Below, in pieces: positions 20,448 to 29,862 of a DNA stretch of 64,000 nt. This stretch comes from Myxococcota bacterium (GTDB lineage Bacteria; Myxococcota_A; UBA9160; UBA6930), in contig OZ245002.1 of NCBI GenBank assembly GCA_965223415.1, positions 512,001 to 576,000 on the forward strand, in the 5' to 3' direction. Below the pieces are notes generated by a model that was given only the letters and a program-made list of their open reading frames with translations, was not told where the DNA came from and did no database searches. The position numbers and the translations under genes are program-made. How positions within the stretch are numbered: the stretch's first letter is position 1; each line of letters starts with the position of its first letter.

Positions 20448-21478
20448 CAGGGAACGGCCTCCAGGATGGGCAGGCCCGAGGGCACCCGCTCGGGCACCTC
20501 CGGACGGCGGCTCTCGTCGGTGAGTGCGCGCAGGAAGGCGACCAGGTCGCGGGCGTCCCGATCGCTGATGTCGAAGGGGCGCACGTGCTCGTGGATGCGC
20601 GTCGCCGGCACGCCGTGGGCTCGCCCCCCGCCCTGCCGGTAGAACGCGACCACCTCCTCCAGCGTCTCCAGGGAGCCGTCGTGCATGTAAGGCGCGGTCA
20701 CGGCGACGTTGCGGAGCGTCGGCACGACGAAGAAGCCGTCGAGAGCGGGGGTCCCGAGCGCGCCGCCGACCCCCCGGTCCTCCGAGGGCACGCCGATGCC
20801 CATCAGGAGGGGCGCCTCGAAGGTCGGCAGGCGGTGGCATTCGAAGCAGCGTGTGTTCACCGAGCGGAAGATCGTGAGGCCCCGTCGCTCCTCGGCCCCG
20901 AGCGCGTCCGCCTCGCCACGGGCGTAGCGATCGTAGGGGGAATCGTGCGAGACGAGGGTGCGCTGGAAGGCGGCGAGGGCCCGCGCGACGTGGGCCGTCG
21001 TGACCGGCTCCGGCGCGTCGGGGAACGCGCGATCGAAGGCTCGCCGGTAGCCGGGAATCCCGCGCAGCCGCGCCTCCAGGCGCACCGGGTCGGCGCCGAG
21101 CTCGTGCTCTCCCGTGAGCGGCAGGAGCGCTTGGGCCTCGAGACCGACGGCTCGGCCGTCCCACATCAAGCGCTTCTTGACGGCGACGTTGTAGAGGGTG
21201 GGCGTGTTGCGGGCGAGCGGCGCCCCGCCACGTCCGCGAGCGGTGGAAAGACCGTCGGTGAAGGCCCGGTCCGGACGGTGGCAGTGGGCACAGGAGAGGG
21301 AGCCGTCCCGCGAGAGCACCGGATCGAAGAAGAGCAGCCGGCCGAGCTCGGCGGCGGCGGGCGCCGGCGGCGGCCCCCCGTCGGGAAAGGGCCTGTCGAG
21401 CCCGGTCGTGGCGCCCAGGCAGAACGTCGCCATCAGGAGCAGCAACATCCCCCTCGTCCGGAGCCGTCGCCGCTGCAC
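20447..21478 (-). CDS. Diheme cytochrome c peroxidase/MauG-family protein
   Basis: LGRLLFFDPVLS, CAHCH, RNTPTLYN, LMWDGR, CFECH and PTLRNVAVTAPYMHDGS motifs. Confidence 0.9.
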   Translation of the reverse strand: MQRRRLRTRGMLLLLMATFCLGATTGLDRPFPDGGPPPAPAAAELGRLLFFDPVLSRDGSLSCAHCHRPDRAFTDGLSTARGRGGAPLARNTPTLYNVAVKKRLMWDGRAVGLEAQALLPLTGEHELGADPVRLEARLRGIPGYRRAFDRAFPDAPEPVTTAHVARALAAFQRTLVSHDSPYDRYARGEADALGAEERRGLTIFRSVNTRCFECHRLPTFEAPLLMGIGVPSEDRGVGGALGTPALDGFFVVPTLRNVAVTAPYMHDGSLETLEEVVAFYRQGGGRAHGVPATRIHEHVRPFDISDRDARDLVAFLRALTDESRRPEVPERVPSGLPILEAVP

Positions 21479-21549
21479 GCACGGAGGGTACTGCGTCGGG
21501 GGTGCCGTTCAAGCGCTCGCGACCGGCCGAGCGGCGCTACGCTGCCGGC

Positions 21550-22695
21550 GTGCACTGGGCCTCCGCCGTCTCCCAGTTTCCGGAAGCGGACCGCGCCATC
21601 GGCGAGGCCTGCGACCTGCTCGGAGAACGCATGGCGGGCGTGCCGCCGTCGTTGGTCGTCGCTTTCGCCTCGGCCCATCACGGGGACTCGATGCTCGGCA
21701 TCGGCGAGAAGGTGCGCCGCGCGTTCCCCGATGCGCTGCTCTTCGGCTGCTCCGCACACAGCGTGATCGGCGCCGGTCGCGAGATCGAGGAGGGACCGGG
21801 GATCGCGCTCACCGCCGCGCACCTGCCCGGCGTCGAGCTCCACCCCTTCCACGTGCCCTCCGGCCGCCTGCCGGAGCTCCCGGTACCCGACGAGAGCGAC
21901 TTCCTGTTGCTGGCGGATCCCTTCAGCCAGGAGACGGAGGCGGTCCTTCATCAGCTCGACGAGCGCTACCCCGGCCGTACCAAGGTCGGAGGGGTGGCGA
22001 GCGGCGCCCAGCAGCCGGCGGGCAACGTCCTCTACCTCGGCGGCGAGACCCTGCGCGCCGGCGTCACCGGCGTGGCCCTGCACGGCGCCGTCGCCGTCGA
22101 CACGATCGTCACCCAGGGCTGCCGGCCCGTGGGCCAGCCCCTCTTCGTGACCGGGGCGGAAGGAAACGTCATCCACGAGGTGGACGGCGTCTCGCCGATC
22201 GAAGTGCTGAACGGGCTCTTCGAGCAGGCCGGAGACGCACGGGAGCGGGCGCTCTTCCAGTCCTCCCTGTTCCTCGGGCTTGCCATGCGCGCGGAGGAGA
22301 GCGAGTACGGCCAGGGGGACTACCTGATCCGCAACCTGATCGGCGCGGATGAGGACACCGGAGCGCTCCACGTGGCGGCGCCGGTGGAGACGCGCCAGGT
22401 CGTGCAGTTCCACCTGCGCGACGCCCACACCGCCGACGCCGATCTCGACGCGCACCTCGCTCGCTACCGGGAACGGGGCGCCAAGCCGGGGGGCGCCCTG
22501 CTCTTCTCCTGCCTGGGACGGGGCCAGGGGCTGTACGGCATGCCCGACCACGATTCCGAGGCCCTTCGCGAGGCGATCGGCAAGCTGCCGATCGGAGGCT
22601 TCTTCTGCAACGGGGAGATCGGCCCGATCGGCGGGCGGACCTTCCTCCACGGCTACACCAGCGCGTTCGCCCTCTTCCGATCGATGGCGAGCTAA
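21550..22695 (+). CDS. FIST N/C domain sensory protein
   Basis: VTQGCRPVG, FSCLGRG and GFFCNGEIGP..LHGYT motifs. GTG at 21550 follows a TACGCT box. Confidence 0.85.
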   Translation: MHWASAVSQFPEADRAIGEACDLLGERMAGVPPSLVVAFASAHHGDSMLGIGEKVRRAFPDALLFGCSAHSVIGAGREIEEGPGIALTAAHLPGVELHPFHVPSGRLPELPVPDESDFLLLADPFSQETEAVLHQLDERYPGRTKVGGVASGAQQPAGNVLYLGGETLRAGVTGVALHGAVAVDTIVTQGCRPVGQPLFVTGAEGNVIHEVDGVSPIEVLNGLFEQAGDARERALFQSSLFLGLAMRAEESEYGQGDYLIRNLIGADEDTGALHVAAPVETRQVVQFHLRDAHTADADLDAHLARYRERGAKPGGALLFSCLGRGQGLYGMPDHDSEALREAIGKLPIGGFFCNGEIGPIGGRTFLHGYTSAFALFRSMAS

Positions 22696-22708
22696 GGAGG
22701 CGGCGCGA

Positions 22709-23959
22709 ATGGGCGAGGTGCTCGAGCTCGCGGAGCGGGCGTGGCAGGGAGAGCTCTCGGGGACACAGGTCGCCCCCGGGCGCGCGTTGGTGGGCTTCGA
22801 GGAGCTGGCGCCGGGCCTGGGCTTCATGTCCGCGTTCTCGAACGTCGCCGCGCTGGCGACGGACGAAGGAATGGTCTTCCTCGACACGAGCAGCCTGTTC
22901 CACGCAAGGCAGCTCCACGAGGCCATCCGAACCTGGTCGGACGCGCCGGTGCACACGGCGGTCTACACCCACGGCCACGTCGACCACGTGTTCGGGCTCG
23001 GCCCCTTCGAGGAGGAGGCGGAGCGGATGGGGCGACCGCGCACGCGGGTGATCGCCCACCACGCCTGCCCGGCGCGTTTCGAACGCTACGTGCTGACGAA
23101 CGGCTACAACGCCATCATCAACCAGCGGCAGTTCGGCTTTCCGCGGGCCGTCTTTCCCAAGGAGTATCGCCAGCCCGACGAGACCGTGGGCGACGGTCAC
23201 GTGGTGCAGGTGGGCGGCACGACCCTCGAGCTGCGCCACGACAAGGGCGAGACCGACGACCATTTGTGGATCTGGATGCCGGCCGAGCGCACGATCTACA
23301 CCGGCGACCTGTTCATCTGGGCCTCGCCGAACTGCGGCAACCCCCAGAAGGTGCAACGCTTCCCCCTCGAGTGGGCCGCGGCCCTGCGGAAGATGGAGGC
23401 GCTGGGAGCGGAGCGCCTGCTGCCGGGGCACGGCCCGCCGATCCTCGGGCGCGAGCGCGTGGCCCAGGCCCTGGACGAGAGCGCCACCCTCCTCGAGACC
23501 CTCGTGCGGCAGACCCTCGACATGATGAACGAGGGCGCGCGGCTCGACGACGTGCTGCATGGCGTGGAGATCCCGGAGGCGCTCCTGGAGCGGCCCTACC
23601 TGCGGCCGAGCTACGACGATCCGCGCTTCATCGTGCGCAACCTGTGGCGTCTCTACGGCGGCTGGTACGACGGCAACCCGGCTCACCTGTCTCCCGCCCC
23701 GGAAGCCGACCTGGCCCGCGAGCTCGCCGTGCTCGCCGGCGGCACGTCCGCACTCGTCGCCCGCGCCGAAGCCCTGGCCGCCGAAGGCCGCCTGGACCTC
23801 GCCTGCCAGCTGGCCGAGTGGGCCGTCCAGGCCGCTCCCGACGACAGCCGCGCCCACGGCGTCCGCAGCCAGGTCTTCCGCGCCCGGGCCGAGACCGAGA
23901 CCAGCCTCATGGCCCAAGGCATCTACCGCGCCGCCGCCCGCGACAGCGAAACCCCCTAG
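22709..23959 (+). CDS. Metallo-beta-lactamase-fold hydrolase, alkyl sulfatase (SdsA1)-like with dimerization domain
   Basis: AAGGAGG RBS. THGHVDH, GETDDH, LPGHG and YGGWYDGNPAHL motifs. Confidence 0.85.
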   Translation: MGEVLELAERAWQGELSGTQVAPGRALVGFEELAPGLGFMSAFSNVAALATDEGMVFLDTSSLFHARQLHEAIRTWSDAPVHTAVYTHGHVDHVFGLGPFEEEAERMGRPRTRVIAHHACPARFERYVLTNGYNAIINQRQFGFPRAVFPKEYRQPDETVGDGHVVQVGGTTLELRHDKGETDDHLWIWMPAERTIYTGDLFIWASPNCGNPQKVQRFPLEWAAALRKMEALGAERLLPGHGPPILGRERVAQALDESATLLETLVRQTLDMMNEGARLDDVLHGVEIPEALLERPYLRPSYDDPRFIVRNLWRLYGGWYDGNPAHLSPAPEADLARELAVLAGGTSALVARAEALAAEGRLDLACQLAEWAVQAAPDDSRAHGVRSQVFRARAETETSLMAQGIYRAAARDSETP

Positions 23960-23974
23960 CCCGAAGCGCAAGAG

Positions 23975-24036
23975 CGGGGACGTTCCTTGCAACTTGCGCT
24001 TTCGGTCGAAAGCGCAAGTTGCAAGGAACGTCCCCG
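23975..24036. repeat. Long perfect palindrome (REP/MITE-like), copy 1
   Basis: CGGGGACGTTCCTTGCAACTTGCGCTTTCG-GT-CGAAAGCGCAAGTTGCAAGGAACGTCCCCG: 30-bp perfect arms between convergent genes. Confidence 0.9.
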
Positions 24037-24049
24037 GGCTGCCGCTTCT

Positions 24050-25708
24050 TCAGGCGTCGAGCAGGTGGCGGCGGCCCCGGATCTCGAATCGGGCGCGAAT
24101 GGCGGTGAGGTCGTCGGGCGCCAGGGGCTGGTAGGCGAGCTCCCTCCCGCTTCGCCACCACACCGGGTCGGCGCACTCCCAGTGCTCGCGCCGCAGCACG
24201 CGCTTCAGGATCTTGTTCGTCTCGGTGCTCGGGAGACTCTCGGCGACGCGCAGGTAGCGCGGCGCCCACTTCGTCCCGAGGTCCTCCTGGTCCGCGAGAA
24301 AGGCCGCGAACGCCTCCGGCTCGAAGCCCGCTCCCGGCTCGAGGACCAGCGCCGCCATCACCTGGTCGCCCACCTCGGCGTCGGGTACGGCGTAGACCGA
24401 GGCCAGGGACACGTCGGGGTGGCGGGCGAGGATCCGCTCGATCGGCCCGGCGGCGAAGTTCTCGCCGTCGACGCGCAGCCAGTCGAAATCCCGGCCGGCG
24501 AAGTAGAGGAAGCCGTGCGCGTCCCGGTAGCCGAGATCGCCGCTCCAGTAGATCTGGCCCCGTGTGCGCGCCGCGTCCGCCTCCGGGTGCCGGTAGTAGC
24601 CCTCGAAGGCGGCAGCGGTCTTGACGTTGGCGATCTCACCGATCGCCGCGTCGGCGTTGGCCAGCCGGCCGCTGGCGTCGAAGATCGCGGGCGGGCACTC
24701 CTCGCCGGTGTCCGGATCGAGCACCAGCGTGCCCGGGGTGCCCACGCCGAGGGCACCGGGTGGCGTGTCCGGGGTGCGGCCGATGGAGATCGCGCCCTCG
24801 GTCGATCCGTAGGCGTCGATCACCTGGCAGCCGAAGCGCTCGGCGAAGCGCTCCAGGTCGTGCTCGGCGGCCTCGTTGCCGAAGGCCACCTTCAGTGGGT
24901 TGTCCGCGTCGTCCGGTCGCTCGGGGGTCGCGAGGACGTAGGTCAGCGGCTTGCCAACGTAGTTGAAGAAGGTGATGCCGTAGCGCCGGACGTCCGGCAG
25001 GAAGCCCCTTGCGGAGAAACGGCGCCGCAGCACCATGGTCGCGCCGGCGTGGAGCGCCGGCGCCCACCCCGCCATGAGCTGGTTCGAGTGGAACATCGGC
25101 ATCGCCTGGTAGCAGACGTCGTCGCGGCCGACGCCGCGGGTCTCGCTCACGGTCGCGGCGATCGTCGCGAGTCGGGCCTGGGAGCAGATCGCCGCCTTCG
25201 GCTGCCCCGTCGAGCCGGAAGTGAAGATCAGCAGGTACGGCGCGGCGGGATCGATCGCGGTGTCCGGCGCTGCCGCGCCGGCCTGGGCTTCGACCCGAGC
25301 CCGCCAGTCGGCGCTCTCGATACAGAGCACCCGATCGGCGGGAATTCCGAGCTCCAGCCCGGCCAGGATCGCCAGGTGACGCTCCTCGGTGACCACGAGG
25401 GCGCAATCGGTGTGGGTGATGTCCCGGGTGAGCTCGGCGCCGCGCCGCGTGGGGTTGATCCCGACCAGGGTCGCACCGGCACAGGCGGCCGCGCCCAGCA
25501 GGTAGGAGAACTCCGGGACGTTCTCGAGCAGCACGCCGACGTGGAAGGGCGCCGGAGGCGCCGGCTGCAGCTCCCGGAGCAGCGCGGCCCGGGTGTACGA
25601 AGCGCGCACATGCTCCCGCCAGCTGACGCGCTCGTCCTCGAAGAGGATCGCGGGGTGATCGTCCTCGGCGCGTCGATCGAGGAGGGCCCGTACGGTGGGA
25701 AGCGTCAT
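24050..25708 (-). CDS. Long-chain fatty-acid/steroid--CoA ligase (FadD1/FadD17-like)
   Basis: FTSGSTGQPK, YGSTEG, YWSGDLG and RVDGENF motifs. Confidence 0.9.
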   Translation of the reverse strand: MTLPTVRALLDRRAEDDHPAILFEDERVSWREHVRASYTRAALLRELQPAPPAPFHVGVLLENVPEFSYLLGAAACAGATLVGINPTRRGAELTRDITHTDCALVVTEERHLAILAGLELGIPADRVLCIESADWRARVEAQAGAAAPDTAIDPAAPYLLIFTSGSTGQPKAAICSQARLATIAATVSETRGVGRDDVCYQAMPMFHSNQLMAGWAPALHAGATMVLRRRFSARGFLPDVRRYGITFFNYVGKPLTYVLATPERPDDADNPLKVAFGNEAAEHDLERFAERFGCQVIDAYGSTEGAISIGRTPDTPPGALGVGTPGTLVLDPDTGEECPPAIFDASGRLANADAAIGEIANVKTAAAFEGYYRHPEADAARTRGQIYWSGDLGYRDAHGFLYFAGRDFDWLRVDGENFAAGPIERILARHPDVSLASVYAVPDAEVGDQVMAALVLEPGAGFEPEAFAAFLADQEDLGTKWAPRYLRVAESLPSTETNKILKRVLRREHWECADPVWWRSGRELAYQPLAPDDLTAIRARFEIRGRRHLLDA

Positions 25709-25717
25709 GTCCGCCCT

Positions 25718-26938
25718 CTACACCTCGAGCTCGACGCGGGTGACGCCCTCGAAGAAGATCCGCAGCTCGCGGGTCGCCAGCGGCGCCAGCACGCTGCCCA
25801 TCAAGGGGAGGAGCAGGCCCCGCGCGAGCTCCCCGGCGCGGCCCCGCCGCAGCACCACCTTCGGTGGAAGGGCGGCCAGCGCCTGGATCCGGTCGATCTC
25901 GGGTGCACGCTCCGGCTCGAGCCGCGCGGCCGCCGCGTCGAGAGCAGCTCCGGTCGCACCCGCCCGCAGCGCGGGCACGAGGTGATTGGCGGCGACGACG
26001 GCGTCGCGCAGCGCCACGTTGATGCCCTGTGCGCCCACCGGCGACATGGTGTGGGCGGCGTCGCCGATCAACAGAACACCGGGCCGGGACCAACCCACGA
26101 CGCGATCCGTTGCAGCGTCGAGCAGGAAGGGGCGCGTCACCGCATCCTTGTGGGCGCGCAGGTGCTCACCCAGCTCCGGCCCGACGTGCTCCGCCATGTC
26201 CGCGACCCAGTCCTCGATCCCACGCCGGCGAAGCTCGCCGAATGCGCCCTTCAGGATCACCCACGCCACCTGCAGCTCACCTTCGGGCGCGGGAAGCGCG
26301 ATCAGCAGATGTCCGCGGCCCAGGACGAGCTGGACCCGCTCCTCGGCCCAGGCCTCGGGCCACGGCAGCTTGGCCCAGACGATGTCCATGGGCGCGCCGC
26401 GAACCTGCGCCGTGAAACCTCCGCTCCGACGTACCACCGAGGCGCGCCCGTCGGCACCGACCACGAGCCCGGCGGGCAGCTCCTGCTCCCCGGAGCGCGT
26501 CTGGATGCGTACGCCGGACACGCGCTCGCCCTCGCGAACGAGCTCCTTCACCGCCGCGCCGCGCAGGAAGCGGAAACCCTCGTGCTCCTGGGCCGCGGCC
26601 ACCAGGGCCTCGAGCAGCGCCGGCTGCGAGAGGCTGACCGGCAACCCGCCCAGGCGTTCCGCGTCGAGCAGCGCGGTCAGGGCGCGGCGCTTCCCGTTCA
26701 ACACCTCGATGCGTTCGGGCCGCCGCTGGGGCACCGCTTCCAGGCGATCGCCGAGGCCCAGCGCCTCGAGGGCGTGCCAGCCGCCCGGCATCACCACCTC
26801 GCCGCGGAACTCCCGGGAGAAATCCGACTGACGCTCGACGAGGGTGACCGGGAGCCCGCGTTGGGCCAGCAGCAGCGCCAGCGCCGCGCCGGCCGGACCG
26901 CCTCCGACGATCAGCGTCGCGCCATCCGATTCGCTCAC
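25718..26938 (-). CDS. FAD-dependent monooxygenase/oxidoreductase (UbiH-like)
   Basis: IVGGGPAG, VVGADG and IGDAAHTMSPVGAQGIN motifs. GTG start at 26938; the ORF-track N-terminus is just the palindrome. Confidence 0.85.
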   Translation of the reverse strand: MSESDGATLIVGGGPAGAALALLLAQRGLPVTLVERQSDFSREFRGEVVMPGGWHALEALGLGDRLEAVPQRRPERIEVLNGKRRALTALLDAERLGGLPVSLSQPALLEALVAAAQEHEGFRFLRGAAVKELVREGERVSGVRIQTRSGEQELPAGLVVGADGRASVVRRSGGFTAQVRGAPMDIVWAKLPWPEAWAEERVQLVLGRGHLLIALPAPEGELQVAWVILKGAFGELRRRGIEDWVADMAEHVGPELGEHLRAHKDAVTRPFLLDAATDRVVGWSRPGVLLIGDAAHTMSPVGAQGINVALRDAVVAANHLVPALRAGATGAALDAAAARLEPERAPEIDRIQALAALPPKVVLRRGRAGELARGLLLPLMGSVLAPLATRELRIFFEGVTRVELEV

Positions 26939-26971
26939 CCCGCGACCGTAGCGCGATCCGCCCGCCCTGAG

Positions 26972-27049
26972 CGCAAGCCCGGGGACGTTCCTTGCAGCTT
27001 GCACTTTCGGTCGAAAGCGCAAGTTGCAAGGAACGTCCCCGGGCTTGCG
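26972..27049. repeat. Long palindrome (REP/MITE-like), copy 2
   Basis: 38-nt arms with 2 mismatches around the same GT loop. Near-identical to 23975-24036. Confidence 0.9.
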
Positions 27050-27052
27050 ATA

Positions 27053-28057
27053 TCAGGAGAGGTGCGGGAGGACCTTGCCGACGAAGAGCTCGAGGCTGGG
27101 CCAGGCGACTTCAGGGGGAATGCCACCGCACAGGGGGTAGAGGGGGAAGGCGGCGTAGGGGCCGTCCGCCTCGGCGCGGGCCACGGCTTCGTCGGGGGTG
27201 AGGATCTTGTAGAGGCCTTCGGCGCGAAGGGACTCGACGGTGGTGGCTTCGGACTTGACTGTCGAGGCCTGGCCCTCGCGCTGCCAGCTCCGGTAGCACT
27301 CGGCCTCGTGCAGCAGATGGGGACCGATCTCCGCCCAGGCCCGGTCCGGGTCCTCGGCGAACCAGAACATCTCGCCGGTGCCGGGCGGGTAGACCTGGGG
27401 ATCGGCGACGCCGAGACGCTCGCACTCGGACAGGTAGAGCGCGACCATCTCCTCGTCGTTGTTGGCGGGCTGATAGGGAAGCCCGTAGCGGGCGGCCCGG
27501 CGGGCGCCGCGCTTCGACTGGCCGCCGATCCACACGACGGGATGCGGGTCGGTGTAGGGCGCGGGCGTGACGTGCACCCGGCGGCCCTGCCACTCGAAGC
27601 GCTCGCCCCGCCAGCAGCGCAGCATCACCTCGAGGCACTCGTCGAAGAGCGCCCCGCGGCCCTTCCAGTCCCTGCCGAAGGCCGCGTACTCGTCGGGCCG
27701 GTAGCCGATGCCCGCCGTGATGCCGGTGCGCCCGCGGCTCAGCTGGTCGAGGACGACCAGATCCTCCGCGAGCTTGACCGGATCGTAGAGAGGGACAAGC
27801 AGGGCTCCGACCTGGATGCGCACGTTCTGCGTGCGGCCGGCGACGGCCCCCATCATCGCGACGGGAGAGGGCAGAAAGCCGTCGTCGATGCCGTGGTGCT
27901 CCGACAGGCTGATCGTCCGCGCGCCGTGCTCGTCCGCATAGGCCGCCATCTCGAGGGCGGTGCGGTAGAGCGCGTCCGGCCTCGCCCGCCCCGGCTTGCC
28001 TGTGCCCATGAGCGTCTGCGGCGCGCGCATGTCGAAGCGCAGCATCCAGGTCACCAT
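27053..28057 (-). CDS. LLM-class flavin-dependent oxidoreductase
   Basis: SEHHG..DGFLPSP, KLAEDLVVLDQLSRGR and GIGYRPDEY motifs. Confidence 0.85.
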   Translation of the reverse strand: MVTWMLRFDMRAPQTLMGTGKPGRARPDALYRTALEMAAYADEHGARTISLSEHHGIDDGFLPSPVAMMGAVAGRTQNVRIQVGALLVPLYDPVKLAEDLVVLDQLSRGRTGITAGIGYRPDEYAAFGRDWKGRGALFDECLEVMLRCWRGERFEWQGRRVHVTPAPYTDPHPVVWIGGQSKRGARRAARYGLPYQPANNDEEMVALYLSECERLGVADPQVYPPGTGEMFWFAEDPDRAWAEIGPHLLHEAECYRSWQREGQASTVKSEATTVESLRAEGLYKILTPDEAVARAEADGPYAAFPLYPLCGGIPPEVAWPSLELFVGKVLPHLS

Positions 28058-28061
28058 CGGT

Positions 28062-28874
28062 TCACTTCCCCTTCCAATCCCAGGCCTCGCCGGAGAGCCA
28101 CGCCCGCATCGCACCGGCCGCGTCCTCGCTGCGCATCGCCTCCTCGAAAGCCTCCTGCTCCAGAGCCAGCCCTTCGCGAAGCGTGCCGTCATGGGCGGCG
28201 TGGATCGCGCGCTTGGCGGCGGCAAGGGCGATCGGCGCCCGACCCGCCAGGTCGGCGGCGAAGGCGTCCACCTCCGCGCGGAAGCGATCCGGCGGAAAGA
28301 CCCGGTGCACGAGCCCCAGTGTCAGTGCCTCCTGGGGCCCGACCAGCTGGCCGTGGAGGATCAGGTCCAGCGCCCTCGCCGTGCCGAGCAGCCGGCTCAT
28401 GCGCTGGGTGCCGCCGGCGCCGGGAATGATCCCGACCGTCGTCTCCGGGAGACCGAGCCCGAAGGCACCGTCCATCGCGAGCCGGAAGTCGCAGGCCAGC
28501 GCCAGCTCGAGGCCTCCGCCGGCGGTGCTGCCGTTGATCGCCGCGACGACCGGAAAGTGCTGCGCCTCCAGGCTGAGGCAGAGCTGGTGCATGGCGTGGA
28601 GGCGTGGCGCGTCGGCGGCGGCATCGGCCTCGGACACGGCCCCGGCCTGCTCGGAGGCCTGAGCCAGCTCGCCCACCTCGTAGTGCGCAACGAACACGCC
28701 CTCCCCGCCCCCGCTGAGCACCAGGACCCGCACGGTCTCGTCGGCGGAGAGCTCGGTCACCAGCCGCCGGAGCTCCTGCACACCGGCGGCCGTCAGCGTG
28801 TGCGTGGGCGGGTTGGAGAGGGTGCAGCGAACGATGCCGCCGTCCCGTTCGACGTCGAGATGCCGGTCGCTCAA
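28062..28874 (-). CDS. Enoyl-CoA hydratase/isomerase family protein
   Basis: AAINGSTAGGGLELALACDFR and PETTVGIIPGAGGTQR motifs. TTG start overlaps the upstream stop. Confidence 0.9.
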   Translation of the reverse strand: MSDRHLDVERDGGIVRCTLSNPPTHTLTAAGVQELRRLVTELSADETVRVLVLSGGGEGVFVAHYEVGELAQASEQAGAVSEADAAADAPRLHAMHQLCLSLEAQHFPVVAAINGSTAGGGLELALACDFRLAMDGAFGLGLPETTVGIIPGAGGTQRMSRLLGTARALDLILHGQLVGPQEALTLGLVHRVFPPDRFRAEVDAFAADLAGRAPIALAAAKRAIHAAHDGTLREGLALEQEAFEEAMRSEDAAGAMRAWLSGEAWDWKGK

Positions 28875-29311
28875 GGGCGCTCCTTCCGCTCCGAGGGCAG
28901 GGTGTCGAGGACGTGGAAGCGGACCTGCCCGCGTGCCACGAGCTTTCCGTCGCCGCGGGTGATCCGAACCTCCCACAGCTGCTGGCTGCGGCCGAGGTGC
29001 AGCGGCAGGCCCTCGGCGAGCAGCTCGCCTGCGCTGTGGCTCCGGAGGAAGTCGGTGGTGTTCGAGACGCCGAGGACACCGGTTCCACCGGCGGCCATGA
29101 CCACCCGCCCCGCGCCGTAGCTCGCAACCGCTTCCACGACAGAGCAGTGGACCCCGCCGTGCAGGACGCCCATGGGCTGGTGGTGGCGGGCGTCGGCGGG
29201 GAGCCGGGCCCGCACCCGCTCCGGGGTGACCTCGAGCATCTCGATGCCGAGGGCGCGGGCCCAGGCGTCCTGCTCCGGGACGCCCTCGGGCCACTCGGCA
29301 GCTTCACTCAC
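28871..29311 (-). CDS. PaaI family thioesterase (MenI/EntH-like)
   Basis: HHQPMGVLHGG motif. GTG start with GGAGGAG RBS. Confidence 0.85.
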   Translation of the reverse strand: MSEAAEWPEGVPEQDAWARALGIEMLEVTPERVRARLPADARHHQPMGVLHGGVHCSVVEAVASYGAGRVVMAAGGTGVLGVSNTTDFLRSHSAGELLAEGLPLHLGRSQQLWEVRITRGDGKLVARGQVRFHVLDTLPSERKERP

Positions 29312-29383
29312 GCACGGCTCCTCCAAGCTCGATCGGGGCGTACGATACCGCGGGCGGCCCATCAGCGCGTCGTGGGCGGCCCC

Positions 29384-29859
29384 TCAGCGCGCCGTGGGCG
29401 GCGGCTCCGACGACGTGACGATCACCGTTCGGCGCTCCGCGATGCGCCAGCCCCGAGACGTGCGTCGGTAGCGATCGCGGTACTCCACCGGGGCGAGGAT
29501 CCGGGGCGCGCCTTCGGCCGAGAGGATCGTCGCGTAGCTCGTGCCCCGGGCGGCCTCGCTGCCGAGCACCTCCACCGCTGGTTCGTCACGACGTGCCGCA
29601 CGGCGCTTTCCGCCATGCGCGGGCCGGCGCTCTCGCGGAGCGCCGTGTGTCTGCGGCTCTCTCGGCCGCCGAACTCCATCACTCCGTCCTCGATGAAGAG
29701 CCCGACCCAGGCTTCCAGATCACCGGCATCGCGGTACTCCGCGCAGCGCACCTGGAGCTCCCGGCAGGCGCGCTCGGCCTCGTAGCTCGCGTGGACGTCG
29801 CCGCCGAAGCTCGTGCAGCCGAGCCCCAGCAGGAAGACCCATGCGATCGGTACCCGCAC
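29384..29859 (-). pseudogene. SnoaL/NTF2-like lipoprotein, frameshifted near 29575
   Basis: N-half (..WVGLFIEDG..VRHVVTNQ) and C-half (VEVLG..ARGTSY..YRDRYRRTSRGWRIAER) lie in different frames. May be a sequencing error. Confidence 0.65.
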
Positions 29860-29862
29860 GGG

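Noticed and set aside
20447..21478. Calling the diheme protein mauG or mbnH
   Set aside because: No methylamine dehydrogenase or methanobactin/MbnP genes are in the window, so only a family-level call is supported.
23975..27049. Palindromic repeats as a CRISPR array
   Set aside because: Only two copies, 3 kb apart, with whole genes between them. No spacers and no cas genes.
23987..28429. Very long alternative-frame and antisense ORFs (e.g. 1480 aa at 23987-28429, 1015 aa at 3832-6879, 983 aa at 49988-52939)
   Set aside because: They are shadows of real opposite-strand genes in high-GC DNA, with low-complexity Arg/Gly/Ala/Pro-rich translations and no motifs.
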